Position numbers and translations under genes: made by a program. The notes under the pieces are model-generated. The model did not search any database and was not told the origin of the DNA. It saw only the letters and a list, made by a program, of their open reading frames with translations. Below, one piece after another: positions 8,565 to 17,100 of a DNA stretch of 64,000 nucleotides. Within the stretch, counting starts at the first letter, position 1. Each line of letters starts with the position of its first letter. Origin of the DNA: Candidatus Babeliaceae bacterium (GTDB lineage Bacteria; Babelota; Babeliae; Babelales; Babelaceae); NCBI GenBank assembly GCA_019744895.1, contig JAIETV010000002.1, forward strand, positions 6 to 64,005, read 5' to 3'.

Positions 8565-9140
8565 ATGAATATATTTATTGATGCCTATAACCTTTTAAAG
8601 CAGCTTCATGCTGTTAAGCTGGTTTCTGCCCACCAAAAAAACACATTTATTGATGAGCTTAAACAATTTGCTCGGAACAAGGGACACCACATCTATTTAG
8701 TTTATGATGGGGGAGAATCTTTCCGTCCAGAATCTGACCATATTGGCCCGATAACTATTATCCATTCAGGGCATAGATTAAGCGCAGATGAAGTAATAAA
8801 ACAAAAAATCTTAAATTTTGCCCATGAACATACTATACTTGTTTCAGACGATCGGCAATTGTGTGATTATGTGGCAATGTCTGGTTTTGCTGCCTTGGGC
8901 ACGGCAAACTTTTATAAACTTATCAAAGCCGATATTCAAAAAGAACAAAGAGCCTTTATTGAAAAAAGCATCGCCCATAAAAATCCATATTATTCGAGTA
9001 ATCCCGAACTTGATGAGCTTATGCATGAAGCCGGTTCTGTTGGTTATTATAAAGATATTGAATTATGTGAAGAATCGCATCATCCTCAGCGGTTATCAAA
9101 AAAAGAAAAAAAATTAAAAAAATTAGTAAAAAAACTATGA
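8565..9140 (+). CDS. YacP/Rae1-like NYN (PIN-like) domain protein
   Basis: The pattern IFIDAYNLL ... YLVYDGG ... IIHSG..SADEVI ... ILVSDDRQL parallels B. subtilis YacP. The C-terminus is Lys-rich. Confidence 0.6.
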   Translation: MNIFIDAYNLLKQLHAVKLVSAHQKNTFIDELKQFARNKGHHIYLVYDGGESFRPESDHIGPITIIHSGHRLSADEVIKQKILNFAHEHTILVSDDRQLCDYVAMSGFAALGTANFYKLIKADIQKEQRAFIEKSIAHKNPYYSSNPELDELMHEAGSVGYYKDIELCEESHHPQRLSKKEKKLKKLVKKL

Positions 9141-9577
9141 ATAATACCATATTTTACAATCTTAACAATTTACCAACAATAGTTGCAGAGCTTAAAGAGC
9201 TTATGAAAATATATCGCATTTTTGCATTCACAGGATCTCTGGGTGCAGGCAAAACGACACTCGTGCGCAGTTTGCTGCAAGCATGTGGCGTAACGGGGGT
9301 TATATCAAGTCCTACGTTTACTTATATAAATATTTATATAAATGCAAGCGGCAAAAAGTTTTACCACTTCGATTTGTACAGAATAACAAACCTTCAAGAG
9401 TTCATTGATGGAGGATTCGATGAATATCTTAATGATCAGAATGCATATGTTTTGATCGAGTGGCCTGAGATAATTATGCCGTTGTTAAAAAAGAATATAT
9501 GCTTTATTTCACTTGAATATATTGATGAAGAAAAAAGATCTCTTTATATATCCTGTCATCAGAAAGGGTATGTATAA
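9137..9577 (+). CDS. tsaE: tRNA threonylcarbamoyladenosine biosynthesis ATPase TsaE
   Basis: GSLGAGKTTLVRSLL, SSPTFTYIN, YHFDLYRI, IEWPE. There is a 4-nt overlap with the upstream gene. Confidence 0.88.
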   Translation: MNNTIFYNLNNLPTIVAELKELMKIYRIFAFTGSLGAGKTTLVRSLLQACGVTGVISSPTFTYINIYINASGKKFYHFDLYRITNLQEFIDGGFDEYLNDQNAYVLIEWPEIIMPLLKKNICFISLEYIDEEKRSLYISCHQKGYV

Positions 9578-9657
9578 TAAACTCTAAGGCAGCTTTTTCT
9601 TGAAAAATATCTAGGAAACGATCAAGAATAATGCACTTACGTTAGTTGCACAGATAT

Positions 9658-10182
9658 TTAGTATTTTCCGGTTTGTATGGTTGTGAGCATCGCGTGTGTA
9701 ACACGTGTGTTGTTTTCATCGATGTATTCTTTTTGAACCGGCAACTGCTCCTTAATATATAATATTTTATTATGAATATCTGCCAATTTTATATATAGAG
9801 GATGCTTTTCAAGACTGAAGTTACGTAGACCTTTAAGTGCATAGGCCATATCATTAAGATCACTCTTTAATATTTCTTCCATTCTAAAAATCGGTGTTGA
9901 CTTGCGGGTGTTCCAAGAAAACCAATTAAGAAATAAAATATCATAAAATAATTCGAATCCAGTTCGGTCGCGATGTACTCCTAAAACACGTAGTTCTTGC
10001 AGTGCTTCTGCACTCATTGGTTTAAGACTTATTAATTTTGAGTATCTCATTTTCATTGTATTATATGTTTCCTGAGCATGGGTTAGTGCTTGATCAGGTG
10101 TAGATGGCCTTTTTGCGCATGCAGATATGAGAACTATGCCTATTAATCCCATAGTTAAGTGAAATGAGAATCGCTTTTTCAT
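9658..10182 (-). CDS. Putative lipoprotein, function unknown
   Basis: Signal sequence with a lipobox-like LISAC. No family recognised. Confidence 0.55.
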   Translation of the reverse strand: MKKRFSFHLTMGLIGIVLISACAKRPSTPDQALTHAQETYNTMKMRYSKLISLKPMSAEALQELRVLGVHRDRTGFELFYDILFLNWFSWNTRKSTPIFRMEEILKSDLNDMAYALKGLRNFSLEKHPLYIKLADIHNKILYIKEQLPVQKEYIDENNTRVTHAMLTTIQTGKY

Positions 10183-10353
10183 AAGAATCCGTTTGGTTAT
10201 ATTTTTTTATATTATGTAATAATTTTATCAAATATTATAAAAATGTCAATTTGGTTATAAAAAATTTGAGATTGATTGAATGTTGAGGTTGAAATTATTT
10301 AAAAAACCCTTACACTGTATCTATTGAAAAAATAACTACATGCAATATAATAA

Positions 10354-10439
10354 GGCGAGATTCCCGAGCGGCCAAAGGGGACGGACTGTAAATCCGTTGG
10401 CATACGCCTTCGAAGGTTCGAATCCTTCTCTCGCCACCA
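10354..10439 (+). tRNA. tRNA-Tyr (GTA)
   Basis: Acceptor GGCGAGA/TCTCGCC, anticodon loop CTGTAAA, long variable arm, CCA encoded. Confidence 0.92.
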
Positions 10440-10560
10440 TCTTGGGTTACTCAAGCCAGATCTAATGCCATTCTAAAAGTATTTTTTAGAATAGCGTTAC
10501 GAAGTAAAAAAATTTGTTGCTTACCTGTTCTTAGAAAAGTACGGGAGAATTGAAATTAAC

Positions 10561-10636
10561 GCGGGAATAGCTCAATTGGTAGAGTGGCAGCCTTCCAAGC
10601 TGTAGGTTGCGGGTTCGAGTCCCGTTTCCCGCTCCA
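10561..10636 (+). tRNA. tRNA-Gly (TCC)
   Basis: Acceptor GCGGGAA/TTCCCGC, anticodon loop CTTCCAA, GGTTCGAGTCC T-arm, CCA encoded. Confidence 0.92.
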
Positions 10637-10651
10637 GATAATAATTTAGGC

Positions 10652-10727
10652 GCTGGCGTAGCTCAGTTGGTAGAGCAGCTGATTTGTAATCAGCAGGTCG
10701 TCGGTTCAAATCCGACCGCCAGCTCCA
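10652..10727 (+). tRNA. tRNA-Thr (TGT)
   Basis: Acceptor GCTGGCG/CGCCAGC, anticodon loop TTTGTAA, CCA encoded. Confidence 0.92.
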
Positions 10728-10811
10728 TACAATTTCATGCAATTTGAAGTTGTTTTTTGTTATTTTTTCGATTAATATTAATACATTAAGATCAAAAAGA
10801 TAAAGACCTTT

Positions 10812-10888
10812 GCCCACGTAGCTCAGTTGGTTAGAGCACTTCCTTGGTAAGGGAGAGGTCACCGGTTCGAATCCGGTCGCGGGCTCCA
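10812..10888 (+). tRNA. tRNA-Thr (GGT)
   Basis: Acceptor GCCCACG/CGCGGGC (one mismatch), anticodon loop TTGGTAA, CCA encoded. Confidence 0.88.
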
Positions 10889-10927
10889 AAGGCTTCTTAT
10901 TAAGAGTTTTTAACTACGCAGGTTGCC

Positions 10928-11086
10928 ATGGCAAAAGAGAATCGAATCGTTATTAAGCTTAAAAGCTCGGAAAGTCCTCACGTATACTGGACAACCAAAA
11001 ATAAAAATAATACCACGGGTCGCTTAGAAATTAAAAAATTTGACCCGGTAGTTCGTAAGCATGTGGTATATAGAGAATCTAAGTAG
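10928..11086 (+). CDS. rpmG: 50S ribosomal protein L33 (Cys-less form)
   Basis: Not in the ORF track because it is 52 aa. My translation is [52 protein letters not shown]. The YxTTKNKxNT...LExKKFxPxxRKHxxxxExK pattern is L33, and the position upstream of tRNA-Trp/secE/nusG is classical. Confidence 0.88.
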   Translation: MAKENRIVIKLKSSESPHVYWTTKNKNNTTGRLEIKKFDPVVRKHVVYRESK

Positions 11087-11096
11087 AGTATCATGA

Positions 11097-11172
11097 AGGC
11101 CAGTAGCTCTAACGGCAGAGCGGCAGACTCCAAATCTGCGGGTTGGGGGTTCGAATCCCTCCTGGCCTGCCA
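11097..11172 (+). tRNA. tRNA-Trp (CCA)
   Basis: Acceptor AGGCCAG/CTGGCCT, anticodon loop CTCCAAA, CCA encoded. Confidence 0.92.
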
Positions 11173-11245
11173 TACTTTTTAATCTTGGCTGCAGGCTTCC
11201 TCATTGAAAATTACTCATAGGTTGATAAGATAAAAGGCGCATAAA

Positions 11246-11437
11246 GTGAAAAATTTAACAAAATTCTTAAGTGAAGTCCGTGTAGAGCTTTCTCGAGTAG
11301 AATGGCCCACATTAAACGATTTTATAGGATCAACCGTTGTTGTTCTCTGTATAGTTGCAATTTTTGCGGTCTTTTTTGGGATAGTTGATAAAGGACTTTC
11401 TACTGTTGCCCAATATATTTTTTCTTTAGGTAAATAG
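11246..11437 (+). CDS. secE: Preprotein translocase subunit SecE
   Basis: 63 aa, GTG start, FLSEVRVELSRVEWPT followed by a single TM. Lies upstream of nusG. Confidence 0.9.
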   Translation: MKNLTKFLSEVRVELSRVEWPTLNDFIGSTVVVLCIVAIFAVFFGIVDKGLSTVAQYIFSLGK

Positions 11438-11453
11438 TTTTTAGGTGTAATGC

Positions 11454-11975
11454 ATGAAACGTTGGTATGTCATTCAGATTTTTGCAGGGTATGAAGAGGT
11501 GATTAAGGCAGATCTTCAAAAACGCATCGAAGAAGCTGGCATGCAAGATTATTTCGGTCAAGTTCTTATCCCTTCAGCTAAGATGAAACAGTTTTTTGAC
11601 GCAACTGATGCAATAAAGGATGAGCAGCTTTTTCCCGGTTACATGCTTGTTGAAATGGAAGTGCTTCCTGAGGCAATTCGTTTAGTAACAACGGTTCCGC
11701 GCGTTACACGTTTTCTTGGTGGTAAAAATCCCGTTGCACTTTCCCAAAGAGAGATAGACCGGATTATCGCCCAGATGAAGGGTGAGGTTAAACTTTCTGT
11801 TGAGCGTCATAATTTTGAAGTAAATAAAGAGGTTGAGATCGCTTCAGGCCCGTTTACGGGCTTTATGGGAATTATCAATTCCATTGATGAAGAGAATGAA
11901 AAGCTTTCGGTTATGGTAAGCATTTTTGGAAGAATGACACCGGTCGAATTGGGATTTGATCAAGTTAAACATTAA
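11454..11975 (+). CDS. nusG: Transcription termination/antitermination factor NusG
   Basis: KRWYVIQ..GYEE NGN start. FPGYMLVEM. KOW motif EVEIASGPFTGFMGII. Confidence 0.95.
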   Translation: MKRWYVIQIFAGYEEVIKADLQKRIEEAGMQDYFGQVLIPSAKMKQFFDATDAIKDEQLFPGYMLVEMEVLPEAIRLVTTVPRVTRFLGGKNPVALSQREIDRIIAQMKGEVKLSVERHNFEVNKEVEIASGPFTGFMGIINSIDEENEKLSVMVSIFGRMTPVELGFDQVKH

Positions 11976-11996
11976 AAAAGTAGGTTTTCTAAAGCT

Positions 11997-12419
11997 ATGG
12001 CAAAAGAAATAAAAGCACAAGTAAAATTGCAGATCCCCGGTGGAGCTGCAACGCCTGCGCCACCAGTTGGTTCCGCATTAGGTCAGCATGGCGTAAATAT
12101 TATGGACTTTTGTAAGCAATTCAATGCAAAGACTGCTGATAAAAAAGGCCAAACCATTCCGGTTATTATAACAATTTATAAAGATAAAAAATTTGATTTT
12201 ACTATTAAAACACCTCCAACATCAGAGCTGATTAAAAAGAAGATAAATCTCTCAAAAGGCGCTTCTAAGACTGGTTCTGAAAAAGTTGGAAAAATATCTT
12301 GGAAGGATATTGAAGAGATAGCAAAGATCAAAATGCCTGACCTTAATGCTGTAGGTATTGAACAAGCTAAAAAAACAATAGCCGGTTCAGCTCGCAGTAT
12401 GGGGCTTGAAGTATTTTAG
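11997..12419 (+). CDS. rplK: 50S ribosomal protein L11
   Basis: [32 protein letters not shown]. Confidence 0.97.
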   Translation: MAKEIKAQVKLQIPGGAATPAPPVGSALGQHGVNIMDFCKQFNAKTADKKGQTIPVIITIYKDKKFDFTIKTPPTSELIKKKINLSKGASKTGSEKVGKISWKDIEEIAKIKMPDLNAVGIEQAKKTIAGSARSMGLEVF

Positions 12420-12442
12420 TTAGTCGTAAAGGAACGTGCAGT

Positions 12443-13132
12443 ATGACTCATCAAGGTAAAAAGTATACAAAAGCGCACGAAGCACTGGGGCAAAAGAAAG
12501 TCTTTTCCCTCCAGGAGGGTGTCGCCAAGCTCAGAGAGCTTGCATATGCCCGGTTTGATGAATCTGCCGATGTTAGTGTTAATCTCGGGATTGACGCTGC
12601 AAAAGGCGATCAAGCTGTTAGAGGTTCTGTTTTGATGCCGCATGGCAGTGGCAGGATTATCAAAATTTTGGTATTTGCAAAAGGACAATACGCAGATCAG
12701 GCTGAAAAAGCAGGTGCTGACTATGTTGGTGCTGAAGATCTCATCGAGCGTATAGAGTCTGGATGGCTTGACTTTAATTATGCGATTGCAACACCTGACC
12801 TTATGGGTTTGGTAGGTAAGGTTGCGCGTATATTGGGTCCACGAGGTCTTCTTCCGAATAAAAAAACCGGAACGGTTACCTTTGACATTGCTTCGACGAT
12901 CGCTGATTTGAAAAAGGGACGATTGTTCTTTAAAAATGATAAAGCGGGAATAGTACATTTTTCTTTTGGTAAATTATCGCAGGGCAATGAAAAGCTTGCT
13001 GATAATTTAAAAGCTTTTCTTAAAGTGCTTGCGACAAGTAAGCCTGCTGCATCAAAGGGAAAGTTTATTCGCAAGATAACCGTTTCTTCTACAATGGGGC
13101 CCGGCATTCCTGTACATGCTGAAGAATTATAA
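12443..13132 (+). CDS. rplA: 50S ribosomal protein L1
   Basis: DESADVSVNLGIDAAKGDQAVRGSVLMPHGSG and LGPRGLLPN. Confidence 0.97.
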   Translation: MTHQGKKYTKAHEALGQKKVFSLQEGVAKLRELAYARFDESADVSVNLGIDAAKGDQAVRGSVLMPHGSGRIIKILVFAKGQYADQAEKAGADYVGAEDLIERIESGWLDFNYAIATPDLMGLVGKVARILGPRGLLPNKKTGTVTFDIASTIADLKKGRLFFKNDKAGIVHFSFGKLSQGNEKLADNLKAFLKVLATSKPAASKGKFIRKITVSSTMGPGIPVHAEEL

Positions 13133-13160
13133 GTGCTAGGATAGAGGTAAAGGTATAACC

Positions 13161-13679
13161 ATGAATCGTCAAGAAAAAAGTTCAGCTATTGAAATACTCA
13201 AAAATGAGTTTCAAAGTAATGAAGCAGCCTTTATTGTAGGCATGCAAGGAATGACGGTCGCTCAAGTTGAATCTCTTAGAAAAGGTGTTAGGGCGCAGGG
13301 AGGCAAATTTCAAGTTGCTAAAAACTCTTTATTGCGCATGGCAGCAAAAGATATCCCAAGTGTTGAAAATCTTTCACCTTATTTTAAGGATCAAGTTGCC
13401 GTTATTTTTGTTTCTAAAGAAGCATCAAATGTAGCTAAACTCATTTGTAATGCAACTGCGGAAAATGAGCATTTGAAAATCGTAGCTGGTTGCTATGAAT
13501 CGCGAGTGTTTGACCAGGATATGGTTAAATTCTTAGGTTCGCTACCGCCTAAAGAGATTTTAGTTGCTCAATTGTGTGGTCTTCTCAAGGCTCCAATTGC
13601 TCAACATGTTGGTTTGTTGAATCAAATTATCGTCCGGTTGTTATATGTTTTAAAACAAGCATCGGAAAAGCAAAGTTAA
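13161..13679 (+). CDS. rplJ: 50S ribosomal protein L10
   Basis: Position between rplA and rplL. GMTVAQVESLRKGVR...KFQVAKNSL pattern. Confidence 0.93.
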   Translation: MNRQEKSSAIEILKNEFQSNEAAFIVGMQGMTVAQVESLRKGVRAQGGKFQVAKNSLLRMAAKDIPSVENLSPYFKDQVAVIFVSKEASNVAKLICNATAENEHLKIVAGCYESRVFDQDMVKFLGSLPPKEILVAQLCGLLKAPIAQHVGLLNQIIVRLLYVLKQASEKQS

Positions 13680-13721
13680 TCGTCGTTTAAGGTATTATTT
13701 TTAGTATTTAGTGGAGACATT

Positions 13722-14111
13722 ATGTCAAAGTCTATGGAAAATCTCGTAAAAGAAATTAGTGGTTTAACTGTTCTTGAACTTGCAGAATTAACTAAAGCCT
13801 TAGAATCAGCTTTTGGTGTTTCTGCAGCTATGCCTATGGCAGCTGCAATGCCAACCGCTGCTGGTGAAGCTCCTGCAGGTAAAAAAGAAGAAGAAAAGAC
13901 TGAGTTTAAAGTTGAATTAGTTGATTCTGGCGCAAATAAAATAAATGTTATTAAAGCGTTACGTCAAGTAAAAAAAGATCTTGGTTTAACCGAAGCTAAG
14001 AAAATGGCAGAAGAAACTCCTTCTGTTATTGCTGAAGCGGCTTCTAAAGATGAAGCTAAAGTTATGAAAGAAACACTTGAAGCAGCTGGTGCTAAAGTTA
14101 AACTTTCATAA
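13722..14111 (+). CDS. rplL: 50S ribosomal protein L7/L12
   Basis: LTVLELAELTKALESAFGVSAA, an Ala/Pro hinge, KINVIKALRQV..LGLTEAKK. Confidence 0.97.
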   Translation: MSKSMENLVKEISGLTVLELAELTKALESAFGVSAAMPMAAAMPTAAGEAPAGKKEEEKTEFKVELVDSGANKINVIKALRQVKKDLGLTEAKKMAEETPSVIAEAASKDEAKVMKETLEAAGAKVKLS

Positions 14112-14192
14112 TTGCCTAAGTTGTTACTTAGCTTTTTTAATATAGCGTGTTGATGGTTGCATATAATTTTTTGTAGTACAAGGAGCAGCTTA

Positions 14193-17100
14193 ATGTCTAG
14201 CCTGCGCACGGGCAGCGAAACTGTTCGTAGATCTTTTGGTAAGATCAAAGATATAGTTCCCGTTCCTAATCTTATTGAAGTTCAATCAAAATCATTTAAT
14301 GATTTTGTTCAGTTAGATTTTCTGCCTTCAGAACGTCAACTGATCGGCTTGGAAAAGGTCTTTAGGGATGTTTTTCCTATCGATTATAATGACAAAATGT
14401 CTCTTGAGTTTGTTAGTTATGAACTCGGATCCTGGGCATGCACCTGTGGTAAGGTCACGGGTATAACGCAGAGGTATGCATGGAGCTGTTCATCTTGTAA
14501 AAAATCAGATTGTTCACGATTAAATGATGATTTAACCTGTACATTTTGCAATAAAAACACCGCACGCTATAAAAAGTGTTCTAACTGTTTATCCAGAGTA
14601 ACGGTTCAATTGCCGTTATCTCTGGATGAATGTCGTTCAAGCGAGCAAACATTCTCTATGCAACTAAAAGTCAAAATGCAGCTTATTAGTTGGGATGTTG
14701 ATGCTCAAGGTAACAAAATTATTCGCGATATCAAAGAACAAGAAATTTTCTTTGCCGATGTTCCTGTAATGGGCGATTTATACGAAGAAGATGGTCGTTT
14801 TAAATTAGGTAATCTTGGCACCTTTTTGATTAACGGAGTCGATCGTGTTATTGTTAGCCAATTACACCGTTCGCCAGGTGTTGTTTTTTCGCAAAGTAAA
14901 AAGTCCAAAGACTCTCGCGGAAAACCATATTATTTAGCACGTGTTATCCCAATGCGTGGCTCATGGATCGATTTTGAATTTGATAGCAATGATCTTTTAT
15001 ATGTTCGTATTGATAAGAAAAAGAAATTACTCGTTACAACCTTATTGCAAGCTCTTGGAGTAGCTCGTCAGAGCATCGTTCCATTTTTCTATAAATTCGA
15101 CCAAATAACACTACAAGACGGCGTTTATCTTCAACTATTAGATGATACCGTTATCGGTTCGCGTATTGAAAAAGGTATGCTCGGTATTAAAGATGAAGTA
15201 GATTATATCGGCAGACGCATCAATCAAGAAATGCTTGCAAAGCTAAAAAAAATCGGTGTCGAATCTCTTATGCTTCGTAAGAACTCACTAATAAACAGGT
15301 CTATTGGTGCAGATATTATTGATCCTCAAACTGGAGAAATTCTTGTTGAACAGGGTCAGCTATTTACGGAAGAATTATTCGAGCAACTTAAAAAATTTAA
15401 AAAAATTCAATTTAGCCTTATTGCGACTTCCGGGTATGTTTTACAACCAACTATCCCATTGACTCTAGCTCAAGATAAAAACGCAACAGAAGAAGAAGCT
15501 TTGAAAGAGATCCATACTAAAGTATGGCCAGGGGAAAGCGCGACATTTAAAGAGATTAAAGAGCATTTGGAAGATTTATTTTTCAATCCACGGCTTTATG
15601 ATCTTACTAAAGTTGGTCGCATTCGTATGAACCGTAAACTCGGGTTGACTGTACCTGAAAATATTACGACTTTAACGCGCGAAGATATTTTCGCTACAAT
15701 TCGTTATTTAATAAATTTGCGTGAGCGCGGTGAGGGTTTTCTTGATGATATCGATCACTTGGGCAATAGACGGGTGCGTCTTGTTGGTGAACTGCTTACC
15801 AACCAGTCATATGTAGGTTTATTACGTATCGAACGGATAGTTCGTGAAAGATTTAGAATTCAAGAAATGCATGGCGCATTAATGCCACAAGATTTCTTGA
15901 ATGTTAAGCCACTAAATGCGGTATTACGTGAGTTCTTTGCAACTGGTCAGCTTACTCAATTTATGGACCAAACTAACCCACTATCGGAAATCGCCCATAA
16001 GCGACGCCTCTCTGCTCTCGGGCCAGGTGGTGTTATGAAAGATCGTGCAACATACGAAATTCGCGATGTTCATACTTCACATTATGGTAGAATCTGTCCT
16101 ATCGAAACACCAGAGGGTCAAACCGTTGGTCTTATTTCGTCATTAGCAACCTACGCATTAGTTAATCAGCTTGGCTTTATTGAAACAGCGTACCGCCCGG
16201 TTAAAAATGGTATTATCTTAAATGATGTGGTTTTCCTAGATGCTTTTGAAGAAGCGGACAAATATATTGCACAAGCAGACTCAAAATTACTCAGTAGCAA
16301 AAAAATAACAGGTGATACTGTATTCGCTCGTCATGAGGGTAACTTCATGTATGTCGATTCACAAAAAATTAATTATATTGATCTATCGCCAAAACAGTTA
16401 GTATCTGTTGCTACTGCACTTATTCCATTTCTTGAGCATGATGATGCATCGCGTGCGTTAATGGGCGCAAACATGCAACGCCAGGCGGTTCCACTTATCC
16501 GTATGCAGGCACCGATTGTGGGTACTGGGATGGAAGCTGAAATAGCTCGAGCATCTGGCGCTTGCGTGAACGCAAAACGATCTGGTGTTGTAGAATATGT
16601 ATCTTCTGAAAAAATTATTGTTCGTTCATATGAGCATGAATTTAAGCACACCGAAGATTGGATTTCTCAAGGCGTCGATATTTATTATTTAAGAAAATTT
16701 CAGCGTTCTAGCTTTAGTACCTGGATTCATCAGACTCCATTAGTTGTGGTTGGCCAAGAAGTTACAAAAGGTGAAATGCTTTCTAACAGTTCGTCTATTT
16801 CTCACGGAGAGCTTGCTTTAGGCTCAAATCTCCTTGTGGCATTCATGCCTTGGTATGGATATAACTTTGAGGACGCAGTTATTCTGAACAAACGTTTAGT
16901 TGCAGAAGATGTTTTAACCTCTGTTCATATTGATGAGTACGTTGCAGAGGCTCGTGACACGAAACTTGGCCCTGAAGAGATTACTCGTGATATTCCAAAC
17001 GTAAGCGAAGTGGCTCTTGAAGGTCTCGACGAAGATGGTATTGTACGCATTGGTACTCGAGTAAAAGCTGGCGATATTTTAGTTGGTAAAGTTACTCTTA

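Noticed and set aside
8565-9577. An overlapping gene pair considered as a toxin-antitoxin module.
   Set aside because: The second gene is clearly tsaE (P-loop GAGKTT, SSPTF, IEWPE). The first is a YacP-like NYN protein of housekeeping size. The 4-nt overlap is ordinary operon coupling.
10572-10889. 105-aa ORF on the minus strand.
   Set aside because: It is antisense across three tRNA genes (Gly, Thr, Thr). The openness is a by-product of G+C-rich tRNA sequence.
12416-12958. 180-aa minus-strand ORF, and similar antisense ORFs (6361-6924, 12778-13107, 13964-14248, 16373-16651, 19161-19412, 21174-21419, 23392-23829, 25267-25590, 49412-50243, 56285-56557, 57300-57647, 61705-62043).
   Set aside because: Each is embedded antisense or out of frame within a strongly supported conserved gene (murA, rplA, rplL, rpoB, rpoC, pnp, rph, gyrB, gnd, zwf, sppA). 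None has a recognisable motif or RBS.
11976-14192. Ribosomal-protein leader structures (L1/L10 autoregulatory leaders) and a strong rplL-rpoB attenuator.
   Set aside because: The spacers are 21-42 nt, apart from rplL-rpoB at 81 nt. That one contains only a weak 6-bp hairpin (CTAAGT tgtt ACTTAG) plus a T-run. This is not enough to call a regulatory RNA with confidence.
14157-14192. Upstream extension of rpoB (track ORF start at 14157), and similar long-ORF starts for gyrB (51258), tilS (48932), rpsO (22678), rapZ (58601), 2576 and 27900.
   Set aside because: The internal ATG codons are preceded by GGAG-type RBS and/or remove overlaps with neighbouring genes. They also match the conserved N-termini of the families.
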